64,000 bases of DNA from Candidatus Latescibacterota bacterium. Lineage in GTDB: Bacteria; Latescibacterota; UBA2968; GCA-2709665. The notes under the pieces are model-generated. The model was not told where the DNA came from, did not search any database, and saw nothing but the letters and a program-made list of their open reading frames with translations. Below, one piece after another: positions 17,958-26,813 of this stretch. Positions within the stretch are counted from its first letter, which is position 1. Every line of letters begins with the position of its first letter. Location of the stretch: the NCBI GenBank assembly GCA_965208835.1, contig OZ242358.1, positions 1,216,001-1,280,000 of the forward strand. The letters are read 5' to 3'. The position numbers and the translations under genes are program-made.

Positions 17958-19580
17958 ATGGGTACCATATCTCACGACGGAAAGCGGAGGGCCCTGACAG
18001 CCGGAAAGACGGTTTTCGACTATGCGGATGAGCTGGCGGTCCAGGTGCCCACTTCCTGCGGACGCACCGGACACTGTCACGAGTGCGTGGTTGAAATCGG
18101 GTGCGGGATGGAAGCATTGCGGCCACGGAACGACGTGGAGTCGTTCCTGCGGGAGAATTACCGTCTGGCTTGTCTGGCGGTGGTTGAAAACGACGAAGCC
18201 GATATCGAGTTCTCGCCGTTGAGGCGCAAGCCCAAGATTCTCTCACATTCCCTGGAAAGACCGCTGGATCCGGACCCCCTGGTCACGCGCCTGGGGGACG
18301 TTGTTTATTATGACGGCGTCGCCGTCGACAGGTATCGCGGTCACCTTTACGGAATCGCGGTCGATCTGGGCACGACGACGGTGGTCATGGACCTGGTGGA
18401 TCTGGCCACGGGCGAGAGCGTCCACGTGAGTTCGTTCGAGAACCCGCAGCGTTTCGGCGGCAGCGACGTGATGAATCGCATTTCCTACGACGGGGAGTTT
18501 CACGGCGAACTTCAGAAGGCGGCCGTAAACGCGATCAATCACGAAATCCTGGAACTGGGAAGACGATTCGGGTTTGTCCGCCAGGAGATCTACGAGATCG
18601 TCGTGGCGGGAAACTCCACGATGCGGGACATCTTCTTCAAGCTGGACGTTCAGAGCATCGGCCAGAGACCGTACAAATCCCGCGTGGAGCACGCCTGTCT
18701 GGAGGGCGAACGGGAGACGACTTCCCTGCTGGAGGGTTCCAGGCGGCTGGGGCTGCGCGTCAATCCCAGGGCGAGGGTCTACGGGATGCCGCTGATCGCC
18801 AGCCATGTGGGGGCCGATACCGCGGCGGACCTCGTGGCGACGGACCTGACGTCTCAGGATGGCGTGGTGATGCTGGTGGACGTGGGGACCAATACCGAGG
18901 TGGTGGTGCGAAGCCCCGACCGGCTGCTCACCGCCTCCTGCCCGGCGGGGCCCGCGTTCGAGGGCGGGCTGGTCCGGTACGGGATGCCCGGACATGAAGG
19001 CGCTATCGAGTCGATCCGTCTCGAAAACGGCGGGTTCCAATACCGGACCATCGGAAACGTCGAGCCGGAGGGAATGTGCGGGTCCGGGTTGATCGATCTG
19101 CTGGCGGAACTCCGGCGGCACGATCTCATGGCGCCCAAAGGGATGTTTGCCGACCGGTCCTTTGAAATCCCGGTTGTCCCGGATTACGGGATCACGCTGT
19201 CCCGCGAAGACGCCAGCAACCTTGCCCAGGCCAAGGCCGCGAATTTCTGCGGACAGTTCATCCTGATGCGACACCTCGGGGTTGGGCCTGAAGATATCGA
19301 CACGCTATACCTTGCCGGAGGTTTCGCGAATTACGTGAACGTCCGGAACGCGGTCGAGATCGGATTTCTGGCGCCGGTCGAAGAAGAACGCGTGGTTAAG
19401 ACGGGAAATGCGGCGGTCCAGGGGGCGCGGGAGGTCCTGCTGTCGCGCGGGAAACGGGCGTCCGTCGAGGCGCTGGTGAAAGAGATCGAACACGTCGAAC
19501 TCGAAACGACTCCGGACTTCTTCGAGGTGTTCGTGGAAGGCTGCCAGTTCAAGCCGATGCCCTTTTCAAAAGCCGGGTAG
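17958..19580 (+). CDS. ASKHA/RACE ATP-dependent reductive activator of corrinoid proteins (RamA/RACo-like) with N-terminal 2Fe-2S domain
   Basis: SCGRTGHCHEC...RLAC ferredoxin; AVDLGTTT, NPQRFGGSDVMNRI, VDVGTNTE, AGPAFEG, GMCGSG, YLAGGF, GNAA motifs. Confidence 0.93.
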   Translation: MGTISHDGKRRALTAGKTVFDYADELAVQVPTSCGRTGHCHECVVEIGCGMEALRPRNDVESFLRENYRLACLAVVENDEADIEFSPLRRKPKILSHSLERPLDPDPLVTRLGDVVYYDGVAVDRYRGHLYGIAVDLGTTTVVMDLVDLATGESVHVSSFENPQRFGGSDVMNRISYDGEFHGELQKAAVNAINHEILELGRRFGFVRQEIYEIVVAGNSTMRDIFFKLDVQSIGQRPYKSRVEHACLEGERETTSLLEGSRRLGLRVNPRARVYGMPLIASHVGADTAADLVATDLTSQDGVVMLVDVGTNTEVVVRSPDRLLTASCPAGPAFEGGLVRYGMPGHEGAIESIRLENGGFQYRTIGNVEPEGMCGSGLIDLLAELRRHDLMAPKGMFADRSFEIPVVPDYGITLSREDASNLAQAKAANFCGQFILMRHLGVGPEDIDTLYLAGGFANYVNVRNAVEIGFLAPVEEERVVKTGNAAVQGAREVLLSRGKRASVEALVKEIEHVELETTPDFFEVFVEGCQFKPMPFSKAG

Positions 19581-19703
19581 ACGCAAGACGTAAGACGGGA
19601 GAAGAAATCCTCGCCGGGTATGTTATACCTTCTTGCCTCCGGCATGAGAGGAAGCCTTTCAAGGCAGGTCATCTCTACCCTCTTCCGTCTCCCGTCTTAC
19701 CGC
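19573..19703. mobile_element. Repeat family D copy 1
   Basis: ~130 bp; reverse-complement homolog of 56382-56511 and 27941-28070; ends CGGGTAGACG / CGTCTTACCGC. Confidence 0.8.
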
Positions 19704-19754
19704 TTCTAAGGGGCCGTGTGGCAAGGTCCCCCGCAAAAACACGAGTGAGTTCGC

Positions 19755-21356
19755 ATGGCGGCAACTTTAGGAAAGTCAGATCCAGCCGGCGTCGATGGGC
19801 AGAGACAGTCCCTGCGCCATTTGCTCGAGGAAACGGACGCGTTCGTCGTCTGCGTGGAACTGGTCAATTCCCGGGGCGTGATCACCGAACGCCGCGGGCG
19901 ACGCGTCCTCGACCTCGCGCGGGCGCTGGCCGACCACCCCGGCGTACACGCACTGAGCATCACGGACAATCCCGGCGGGAACGCCACAAACAGCCCGGAC
20001 GCGATGGGAATGGACCTGCTGGGCCGGGGCAAGGAAGTCATCATTCACCTGTCGTGCAAGGACTGGAACCGGAATGCGCTGCTCAGCCGGGGCTGGGAGC
20101 TGGCAAGCGAAGGATTCGAAAACGTGCTTGCGCTCTCCGGCGACTACCCCGCAACCGGATATCACGGGCAGGCGGGCGCCGTGTTCGATACGGATTCGGT
20201 CGGCCTCCTGAAGATGCTCTCAGAGATGAATTCAGGCATGCGGCTCGAAGGCGTCAGAGGCGATCAGGTCCTGAAGCCTACACGTTTCTTCCTCGGCGCG
20301 GTGGTAAACAACCACAAGCGATACGAACGCGAGGTGATGCCGCAGTACTTCAAGCTGGAAAAAAAGATCCGGAACGGCGCGGAGTTCATCATCAACCAGA
20401 TCGGGTACGACACCCGCAAGCAGCACGAACTGTTGAAGTACATGGCCCGTTGCGGCCTCCGCACACCGGCGATTGCAAACGTGTACGTGCTGAGCCCCGC
20501 CTCGGCCAGGTTCTTCCACGGAGGAAATATCCCCGGCGTGATCGTAACCGACGAGTTGCTTGAACTCACGGCGAAGCACGCCCGCTCCCGCGACAAGGGC
20601 AAGGCTTTCTTTCTGGAGTTCGCCGCGAAGCAGTGCGCAATAGCCCGGGGGTTGGGGTACCGCGGGGTGTACCTTGGGGGGCACCTGAAGTTCGAGGACT
20701 ATGCGCGGATCCTGGACATCTGCGGCGGCTACGGAGACGCGGACTGGAAAGACTTCGCTTCCGAGATTTGCTTCCAGCAGCCGGAAGAGTTCTTCTTTTT
20801 TGAACCAGACAGGGAAACGGGGCTGAGTTCGGACGAGGTCAACCGCGCGTATCGTCATTCGAAGCAACCCGAGGTGTTGCGGGCGGCCAGAAGCCGCGTA
20901 TCCACGGCCTACAAGATCAACCGCTTCGTGCACGAACAGGTCTTCGAGAAGGATCGTCCGGCCTTTCGCATCGGCAGAAGGTTCTTCGAGGCCGTCGACC
21001 GCGCCGGAAGCAGGGTGCGCAGGGCTTTGCACGGCGCCGAGCAGGCGGTGAAGATTCCGTGCTTCGATTGCCGGGACTGCGGCGATTGTTCGCTTCCGGA
21101 TATCGCGTTCCTCTGTCCCGAGTCGCAGTGCGTCAAGAATCAGCGAAACGGCCCCTGCGGCGGGACCCGCCGGGGACTGTGCGAAGTGGGGGACAAGGAA
21201 TGTATCTGGTCGCTGGCCTACGAACGCCTCAAGGCGTACGGCGAGGAAGAGACGATGCTGGACGGGCCGGTGGTCTTCAGAAACGGCGCCCTCAAAGGCA
21301 CCAGCGCCTGGGCGAACGCGTTTCTGGACCGGGACCACCACGCGCGCAAGGAGTGA
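19755..21356 (+). CDS. metF: Methylenetetrahydrofolate reductase with fused C-terminal MetV-like Cys-rich domain
   Basis: SITDNPGG, IHLSCKDWNR, LALSGD, KKIRNGAEFIINQIGYD; C-terminal CRDCGDC...CPESQC.K..RNGPCGG...CEV...CIW. Confidence 0.85.
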   Translation: MAATLGKSDPAGVDGQRQSLRHLLEETDAFVVCVELVNSRGVITERRGRRVLDLARALADHPGVHALSITDNPGGNATNSPDAMGMDLLGRGKEVIIHLSCKDWNRNALLSRGWELASEGFENVLALSGDYPATGYHGQAGAVFDTDSVGLLKMLSEMNSGMRLEGVRGDQVLKPTRFFLGAVVNNHKRYEREVMPQYFKLEKKIRNGAEFIINQIGYDTRKQHELLKYMARCGLRTPAIANVYVLSPASARFFHGGNIPGVIVTDELLELTAKHARSRDKGKAFFLEFAAKQCAIARGLGYRGVYLGGHLKFEDYARILDICGGYGDADWKDFASEICFQQPEEFFFFEPDRETGLSSDEVNRAYRHSKQPEVLRAARSRVSTAYKINRFVHEQVFEKDRPAFRIGRRFFEAVDRAGSRVRRALHGAEQAVKIPCFDCRDCGDCSLPDIAFLCPESQCVKNQRNGPCGGTRRGLCEVGDKECIWSLAYERLKAYGEEETMLDGPVVFRNGALKGTSAWANAFLDRDHHARKE

Positions 21357-21366
21357 GGGGAATACA

Positions 21367-22413
21367 ATGAAACTGGATGGACGGGACGGCGAGTTTATCG
21401 TCATCGGTGAAAACATCCACACGACACGGATTGTCCTGAGAAAGGGACGACTCGTCGTGAAGAACCCCGATGGGTTGGAGGCGGTCCGCTATTACGACAC
21501 CCGCAAGAAGCGGCGCTTCCTGACGATTCCCGACGATTTCAAGCGGACGCAGGACTATGAAGAAGGGCGCGTCAAGTACGTCAAGATCGCGGTGCAGGCG
21601 GCGATGTCCGGCCTCGCGCCACAGGCGGAAGACGGGCAGGCGTACCTGCACCGGATGATTCAGCGCCAGGTGGAAGCGGGAGCGGACTACCTGGATCTGA
21701 ACGTGGACGAGGTCTCACTGCGACTGGACGAACAGAAGAAGGCCATGCGATGGCTGGTGGGCGCCGTTCAGGAGGTAAGCCCCGTTCCGATATCCGTTGA
21801 CTCCTCCAATGTGGAGACCATTGGAGAAGGACTCGGGGCCTGCAACGGCGGGACTGGACGGCCGCTGCTGAACTCGGCCTCGCTGGAACGCCTGGAGGCG
21901 CTGGACCTGGCCTTGAGGTTCAACGCCAGGGTTGTCGTGACGGCCGCCGGCGAGAGCGGAATGCCCCAGGACGCGGAGGAGCGGGTCGAGAACGCGTCGC
22001 GGATGGTGGACGCGGCGCTGTCGAGAGGGATCGCGATCGAGGATATTTTCGTGGATGCCCTGGTCTTTCCGATATCGGTGGACGGCGGTTTCGGCAACCA
22101 TTGCTTCGAGGCCATTCGCAGGCTTCGAGCGGGATTCGGCCCAGGGATTCACGTCACGGGCGGATTCAGCAACGTTTCGTTCGGGCTGCCGTGCCGGCGC
22201 CTGATCAACGACGTGTTCACGATTCTGGCCGTCGAGGCCGGAGCCGACAGCGGGATCGTCGACCCGGTCACCAGCAGCCCGCAGCGTATATTCACCCTGG
22301 ACCGGGATACGGAACCGTACCGGCTCGCGGAAGACATGCTTCTGGGCAGGGATCGCATGTGCAAGGCCTTTCTGCGTGCGTATCGGAAGGGTGCGCTGGA
22401 CGCTTACCGTTAA
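21367..22413 (+). CDS. Pterin-binding methyltetrahydrofolate:corrinoid methyltransferase (AcsE / MetH pterin domain)
   Basis: IVIGENIH, GADYLDLNVD, PISVDSS, LLNS, IFVDALVFP, GGFSNVSFGLP motifs. Confidence 0.9.
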   Translation: MKLDGRDGEFIVIGENIHTTRIVLRKGRLVVKNPDGLEAVRYYDTRKKRRFLTIPDDFKRTQDYEEGRVKYVKIAVQAAMSGLAPQAEDGQAYLHRMIQRQVEAGADYLDLNVDEVSLRLDEQKKAMRWLVGAVQEVSPVPISVDSSNVETIGEGLGACNGGTGRPLLNSASLERLEALDLALRFNARVVVTAAGESGMPQDAEERVENASRMVDAALSRGIAIEDIFVDALVFPISVDGGFGNHCFEAIRRLRAGFGPGIHVTGGFSNVSFGLPCRRLINDVFTILAVEAGADSGIVDPVTSSPQRIFTLDRDTEPYRLAEDMLLGRDRMCKAFLRAYRKGALDAYR

Positions 22414-22606
22414 CCTTGATTCGTAAGTTTTCGCGGACGTTAATTCGAATAAGTGCAAGTTAATAAAGGCGATTAGAAGGCTGATTACCGGGATAAACCA
22501 GGTCACTGGACGTGAACGGAAGAAATGCCCTTCCGGACGACGTTTGCTCCCCGTTTCGGAGGGCTTTATCACGACGCCCGGTCGCTGTTTTTTCGAATTG
22601 GGGTTA
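22411..22606. mobile_element. MITE family C copy 2
   Basis: TIRs TAACCTTGATTCG / CGAATTGGGGTTA; its first TAA is the stop codon of the upstream gene. Confidence 0.85.
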
Positions 22607-22633
22607 ATTCATTGAGGAGGAATCGGGGAGGAG

Positions 22634-23713
22634 ATGAAGACATTTCTCGATCGGATGGAAGACGCCCGGCCTATGGTTTACGACGGGGGATTCGGTTCGG
22701 AGTTGTTCAAGGGGCGCATCGAACTGACGAACAGCGCGCTCGCGAATGAACTGCATCCCGCTGCAGTGGTCGATATCCATGCCGCCTATATTGAAGCGGG
22801 GACCGACGTCATCGGCACGAACACATTCGTGGCTTCGCCACTGCACCTGGAAATGGCTGGGAAAGCCGCGAACGACGCCGGAAAGATTGCCAGGCTGGCT
22901 GTGGAACACGCGAAAACGGCGGTCGAAGTGAGCGAAAGGGAGGTCTATATCGCGGGGTCCGTCGGACCGTCTCCCGGGGCTATCGAGTCGGACGCGGGCG
23001 ATACCGACTTCGGCATCGCGGACGTGAAGGTAAGGGATGCGCACGAGCAGGTCATCCACGCGCTCGCGCAGGCCGGGGTGGACCTGATCTGCATCGAGAC
23101 CATGTTTTCCGCAAAGGAGGCCGCCATTGCGGCTGACGTGGCCCGGAAGACCGGATTGCCCGTCGCGATCAACCTCACGTGCAAGTACACGAAGGACCGG
23201 AAAACCGGCGAGGTGATCTACCGGACGGACTGGGGGCATTCGCCGGGCGATCTTCTGGATTTCCTCGGTTCCGGCGAGTTTTCGGACGGTGACAATCTGC
23301 TGGAGCACGTAGGGATCGTCGGGATGAATTGCGGAGCGGAGACCCGGCGGGTGGAACATACGGGGATGGCTTACGCGATCAACGGAATCCGGCAGTTCAG
23401 AGACGCAATGGTGTCGCGGGGCGTCGAGGGGATCGGGCTGATGGCCTATCCCAACGCGGGGCTTCCGCAGCTGGAGCGAAAGACTGGACGGACGACGTAT
23501 TCTCAGACCGCCGCGGACATGGTGCAGTCCGTGCCCGAGTTGATTGACAGCGGCGCCGCCATCATCGGAGGCTGTTGCGGGACCGGACCGTCGCACATTC
23601 GGGCGTTCCACGGCGTGATGAACGGGGGTCAGGGAAAGACAGGGAGCGGCGGCAGGGGTCCCGGCATACACATCCGGCAAGACGATGGGAACGGCCGCGG
23701 GAAGAAGGGGTGA
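22634..23713 (+). CDS. Homocysteine S-methyltransferase domain protein (split MetH Hcy module)
   Basis: YDGGFGS, HAAYIEAG.D.IGTNTF, AGSVGP, CIETM, GMNCG, YPNAGLP, IIGGCCGTGPSHI (all three Zn cysteines). Confidence 0.93.
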   Translation: MKTFLDRMEDARPMVYDGGFGSELFKGRIELTNSALANELHPAAVVDIHAAYIEAGTDVIGTNTFVASPLHLEMAGKAANDAGKIARLAVEHAKTAVEVSEREVYIAGSVGPSPGAIESDAGDTDFGIADVKVRDAHEQVIHALAQAGVDLICIETMFSAKEAAIAADVARKTGLPVAINLTCKYTKDRKTGEVIYRTDWGHSPGDLLDFLGSGEFSDGDNLLEHVGIVGMNCGAETRRVEHTGMAYAINGIRQFRDAMVSRGVEGIGLMAYPNAGLPQLERKTGRTTYSQTAADMVQSVPELIDSGAAIIGGCCGTGPSHIRAFHGVMNGGQGKTGSGGRGPGIHIRQDDGNGRGKKG

Positions 23714-23716
23714 ACG

Positions 23717-23989
23717 GTGGCCGAATACCAGGTGTTGTACTGGAAGGACATTCCCGCGCAGGTGCGGGTCTTCGACGGAAAGCGTCGCGTCGCCCGGCAG
23801 ATGCCCCCGGAATTCCAGGAGGCGATAGACCGGCGGGCGATGGCGGAGGGCCTGGCCGGAACGGACGCGTACCTGGCGCACTGGCACTGGAGCGAGCGGC
23901 GGGATCGTCCGGGCGACCCGCAGGCGGTCCTGCTGGCCGTTTCAGAAGAGCTTGAACGGACTTACGACGATCAGGGCGGTGAGGTATAA
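23717..23989 (+). CDS. 'Virulence factor' (Virulence_fact-like) small protein
   Basis: YQVLYWKDIPAQV...FQEAIDRRAM..G..GTDAYLAHW signature; this family is usually found next to metF/split metH genes. Confidence 0.75.
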   Translation: MAEYQVLYWKDIPAQVRVFDGKRRVARQMPPEFQEAIDRRAMAEGLAGTDAYLAHWHWSERRDRPGDPQAVLLAVSEELERTYDDQGGEV

Positions 23990-24013
23990 AGGAACAACCC
24001 CAGGGTTGGCATT

Positions 24014-24049
24014 AAAAGAAGGGAGCCGGATTTTCCGGCTCCCTTTTTT
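24014..24049. terminator. Bidirectional rho-independent terminator
   Basis: AAAAGAAGGGAGCCGGA-TTT-TCCGGCTCCCTTTTTT between convergent operons. Confidence 0.9.
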
Positions 24050-24074
24050 GTCTTCGACAGTGCGCGACAACGCC

Positions 24075-25658
24075 CTACAACACCCCTGCCCCCTGAACAG
24101 GAGACGCGACGGTGAGTCTTTCCTGGATCCCGCGCGGCCGGTAGTACCGCGCCCGCATGGCTTCGATGATTCCCTTGACGCCTCCTGACTCCACGAGGAC
24201 CATCATGCTGCCTCCCAGGCCGGCGCCGGAAATCTGCGCGCCCACCGCTCCCGCATCAATTGCAAGGTCGACCATCTCGTCGATTTCGGGGATGCTGCAG
24301 TTGTAGTCGCCCGGCTGGAGGTGCAGGTCATTCGTCGGGTCGAATCGGGGCGCGTCCAGGTCGATGCGGTCGCCGTCGTGGGAGACGTTCATCAGTTGCC
24401 CGTACAGGTCCACGCGGTTCCTGTTGAGTACGTCCTTGAGATTTCTGCTTCGCGCGGATTCGGCGATGCCGTAGGCGATGACCATGCGAATCTCGTAGCC
24501 GCCGGCCGGTTCATCGTGGGTGGCGAACTGCTGTTTGAGAAATGCTTCCTGGTCCGGTAGCTGGCGCAGGAGCTCACGCCGGTCGATCCGTTCCGGCAGG
24601 GATTGTATCAGCGCGTAGATCTCTGGTTGGTCGAGACATTCGATAACGTCGCCGAGGTGGAACTTTTTCTCGATATCCAGATCCTTCCTGGACGCCACTA
24701 CGCACCGGATCGCATCGGAGTGGTGCGTTTCGAGATAGCTTCGGAGATAGACCTCTCCGATTTCATACGTCGCCGTCTTTTCGTTGAATTTCTGCCCCGC
24801 GCCGCCGGTTTTGTTCGCCTGTATGCCGGAGTCGAAGATGATGATCTGGTATCCGTCAGGGAACGGAAGATAGGCGTCGATCATCAATTCCGGGAGCGTC
24901 TTCATGTGGGTGATTCTTCCGAGTTGCCCGCACTTGATCGCAGCGTGGTCGCCGAATCCACCGCGCGTTCCCACGTACCACTCCGCGGTGCCCGCGTACC
25001 TCACGAACTGCCCGTCGTCCAGGTCGATATCGTTGATGCAAGTCATGATTTCGGTGGTCGCGACGATGACCGCGGACGAAGAGCTCAGTCCGCCCATGTC
25101 GGGAAGGCTGCTGCCCATCACCCCGTCAAAGCCCCTGAGTTGACTTTCGGGATAGCGGGTATGGAGGTAGGCCGGCGGCGCCTGAAGCTTGGTCACCCAG
25201 TCTTCGTTCACGCCCGCCGACTTGCGTTCGTCGGTCTTTTGCTGCGTCCATTCCAGCCACTCGGCGTCAGAACGGATTGGCGCGTCCGGACAAATATCGC
25301 ACATGTGGAAGCTGCGGGTTCCGTAGACGGGATCCAGATTGCGCACTTCCACGCGGTCGTCGTCTCTGCGGGAGAAACAGATGAGAATCTCTTTGTCGAG
25401 GGAGATGGGGTTGATGAAGGCGCCGCGGTGGTCGGCGTGCATGCCCACCGTGTTCAGCCTGCCCGGCGCCCTGACGAAACTGACGTCCCTCTCGCCGAAG
25501 GCCTCGCTGAATCGCATGGCGGTTTCCAGGAGCGCGTCGAGACGCTCTTCAATCAGGCTTTCATTGCTGCCGTAGATGGACTCCAGCCGCGAGATCAGTT
25601 CACGGCTGCGACTCCGAATCGCCTGGATCCAATGATGCGTGTTCTTCTGGCCAATCAT
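24075..25658 (-). CDS. GHMP-family sugar kinase (galactokinase/GalNAc kinase-like)
   Basis: RAPGRLN..G.HADH.G, PDMGGLSSSSA, AEWYVGTRGGFGDH, MNVSH, GAQISGAGLGG. Confidence 0.85.
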   Translation of the reverse strand: MIGQKNTHHWIQAIRSRSRELISRLESIYGSNESLIEERLDALLETAMRFSEAFGERDVSFVRAPGRLNTVGMHADHRGAFINPISLDKEILICFSRRDDDRVEVRNLDPVYGTRSFHMCDICPDAPIRSDAEWLEWTQQKTDERKSAGVNEDWVTKLQAPPAYLHTRYPESQLRGFDGVMGSSLPDMGGLSSSSAVIVATTEIMTCINDIDLDDGQFVRYAGTAEWYVGTRGGFGDHAAIKCGQLGRITHMKTLPELMIDAYLPFPDGYQIIIFDSGIQANKTGGAGQKFNEKTATYEIGEVYLRSYLETHHSDAIRCVVASRKDLDIEKKFHLGDVIECLDQPEIYALIQSLPERIDRRELLRQLPDQEAFLKQQFATHDEPAGGYEIRMVIAYGIAESARSRNLKDVLNRNRVDLYGQLMNVSHDGDRIDLDAPRFDPTNDLHLQPGDYNCSIPEIDEMVDLAIDAGAVGAQISGAGLGGSMMVLVESGGVKGIIEAMRARYYRPRGIQERLTVASPVQGAGVL

Positions 25659-25838
25659 CCAGTCGTCCTCTCAAGGGGGGAGCAATTGGCTCGTCAAACG
25701 GGTATTGGCGTTCGCTTCCACCCATCGGGCTGCGGCTGAGCACATCGAAATCCCGCCAAAGGAACTCAAAAAGAAAAAGACAACGCCTCCGTTGAAATCG
25801 AGAAGCGTTGTCGTTTCTTGCCCGGCAGAGACAGCATA

Positions 25839-26810
25839 CTAGAGCTTGTCCGGATCGAAGATGCCTTTCTGCGTGTCCACGACCCGCTCGGATCTGGTTT
25901 TGAACATCGTGCCAGCCGGATAGTAGCCGGCCTTGACGTAGGCGAGGCCGTAGGAGATGCACATTGGCCCCAGCAATGTTCCGGGATCCGTTAGGGAGTC
26001 ACAGGCCAGCTGCGTCCTGTCGCCGAGAACGACGCCCATTTTGGATCCCCCCAGGTCGTACCATTTGTCATTAATCTCGACCTTCAGGTTGACGCGCTTG
26101 TCGCGTTCACGGACGCCCTGGATAATACCCAGATTCGCGGCCGTGGCCTGGTTGCCGAAGTGGGTGGCGTACCCGCAGAGGCTGTCGCCAAGATACGAGG
26201 GATGGGGGAAGTTGGCCTCGTCGAGCATGAGGACGTTCTTGAGTTCTCCCCGGATGGCATTGTCACCGTGTTTCTTGTGGCCGCCCAGAACGATATTGCC
26301 CCGGAGATAGGCGCCCTGCCGGATGTCGTTATTCGGGCCGATAATTGTGGGACCCTTGACGCCCGCTGTCGGCTCGATTACGGCGCCGGAGCCGACGTAG
26401 ATGTCCCCGCCGTCGAGGTAAATCACGGCGCCGACCACCCTTGCGCCATTCGCGACGTATAGCGTATGGCCCTCGCCGTCGAGGGAACCGTGTACGAAGA
26501 GCGGTTCGCACACGCCCCCGGGCTCGACCAGCACCGTGTAGCTCCCGACGCCCGTCAGGCCGGTGCGTTCTTCCACGCCCTCAGCCGAACCGATTTTTTC
26601 GGCCAGCCAGTCCCTGGCGTATTTTTCGATGCCGTCTTTGCCGATGAGATCCACGACCGACCTTGCGCCGTCGACCAGGGCGCGATGCTCGAACGGGTAT
26701 CTTTCGAGGTCGAAGAAGTTGGAAGGTCTCAACTCGGCCGGGACCTCTTCCGCCGCCAGTTCGGTAACGATGACCGGATTGTCCTTCGTGCCGGTTCCGT
26801 TAATGGCCAT
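25839..26810 (-). CDS. Left-handed beta-helix (GlmU C-terminal-like) acyltransferase
   Basis: Hexapeptide repeats, KGPTIIG, IRQGAYLRG, GELKN, HPSYLGDS..G...FGNQATAAN, KMGVVLGD, PGTLLG. Confidence 0.75.
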   Translation of the reverse strand: MAINGTGTKDNPVIVTELAAEEVPAELRPSNFFDLERYPFEHRALVDGARSVVDLIGKDGIEKYARDWLAEKIGSAEGVEERTGLTGVGSYTVLVEPGGVCEPLFVHGSLDGEGHTLYVANGARVVGAVIYLDGGDIYVGSGAVIEPTAGVKGPTIIGPNNDIRQGAYLRGNIVLGGHKKHGDNAIRGELKNVLMLDEANFPHPSYLGDSLCGYATHFGNQATAANLGIIQGVRERDKRVNLKVEINDKWYDLGGSKMGVVLGDRTQLACDSLTDPGTLLGPMCISYGLAYVKAGYYPAGTMFKTRSERVVDTQKGIFDPDKL

Positions 26811-26813
26811 TGC

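Noticed and set aside
14807-19580. Pyrrolysine (TAG) recoding in the methyltransferase operon
   Set aside because: TAG stops fall at natural domain ends; no MttB/MtbB/MtmB-type gene or pyl genes seen
23711-23719. Read-through fusion of Hcy methyltransferase and Virulence_fact protein (in frame, TGA-ACG-GTG)
   Set aside because: The downstream gene has its own purine-rich RBS; the same 3-nt spacing occurs at 26811-26813; no SECIS evident
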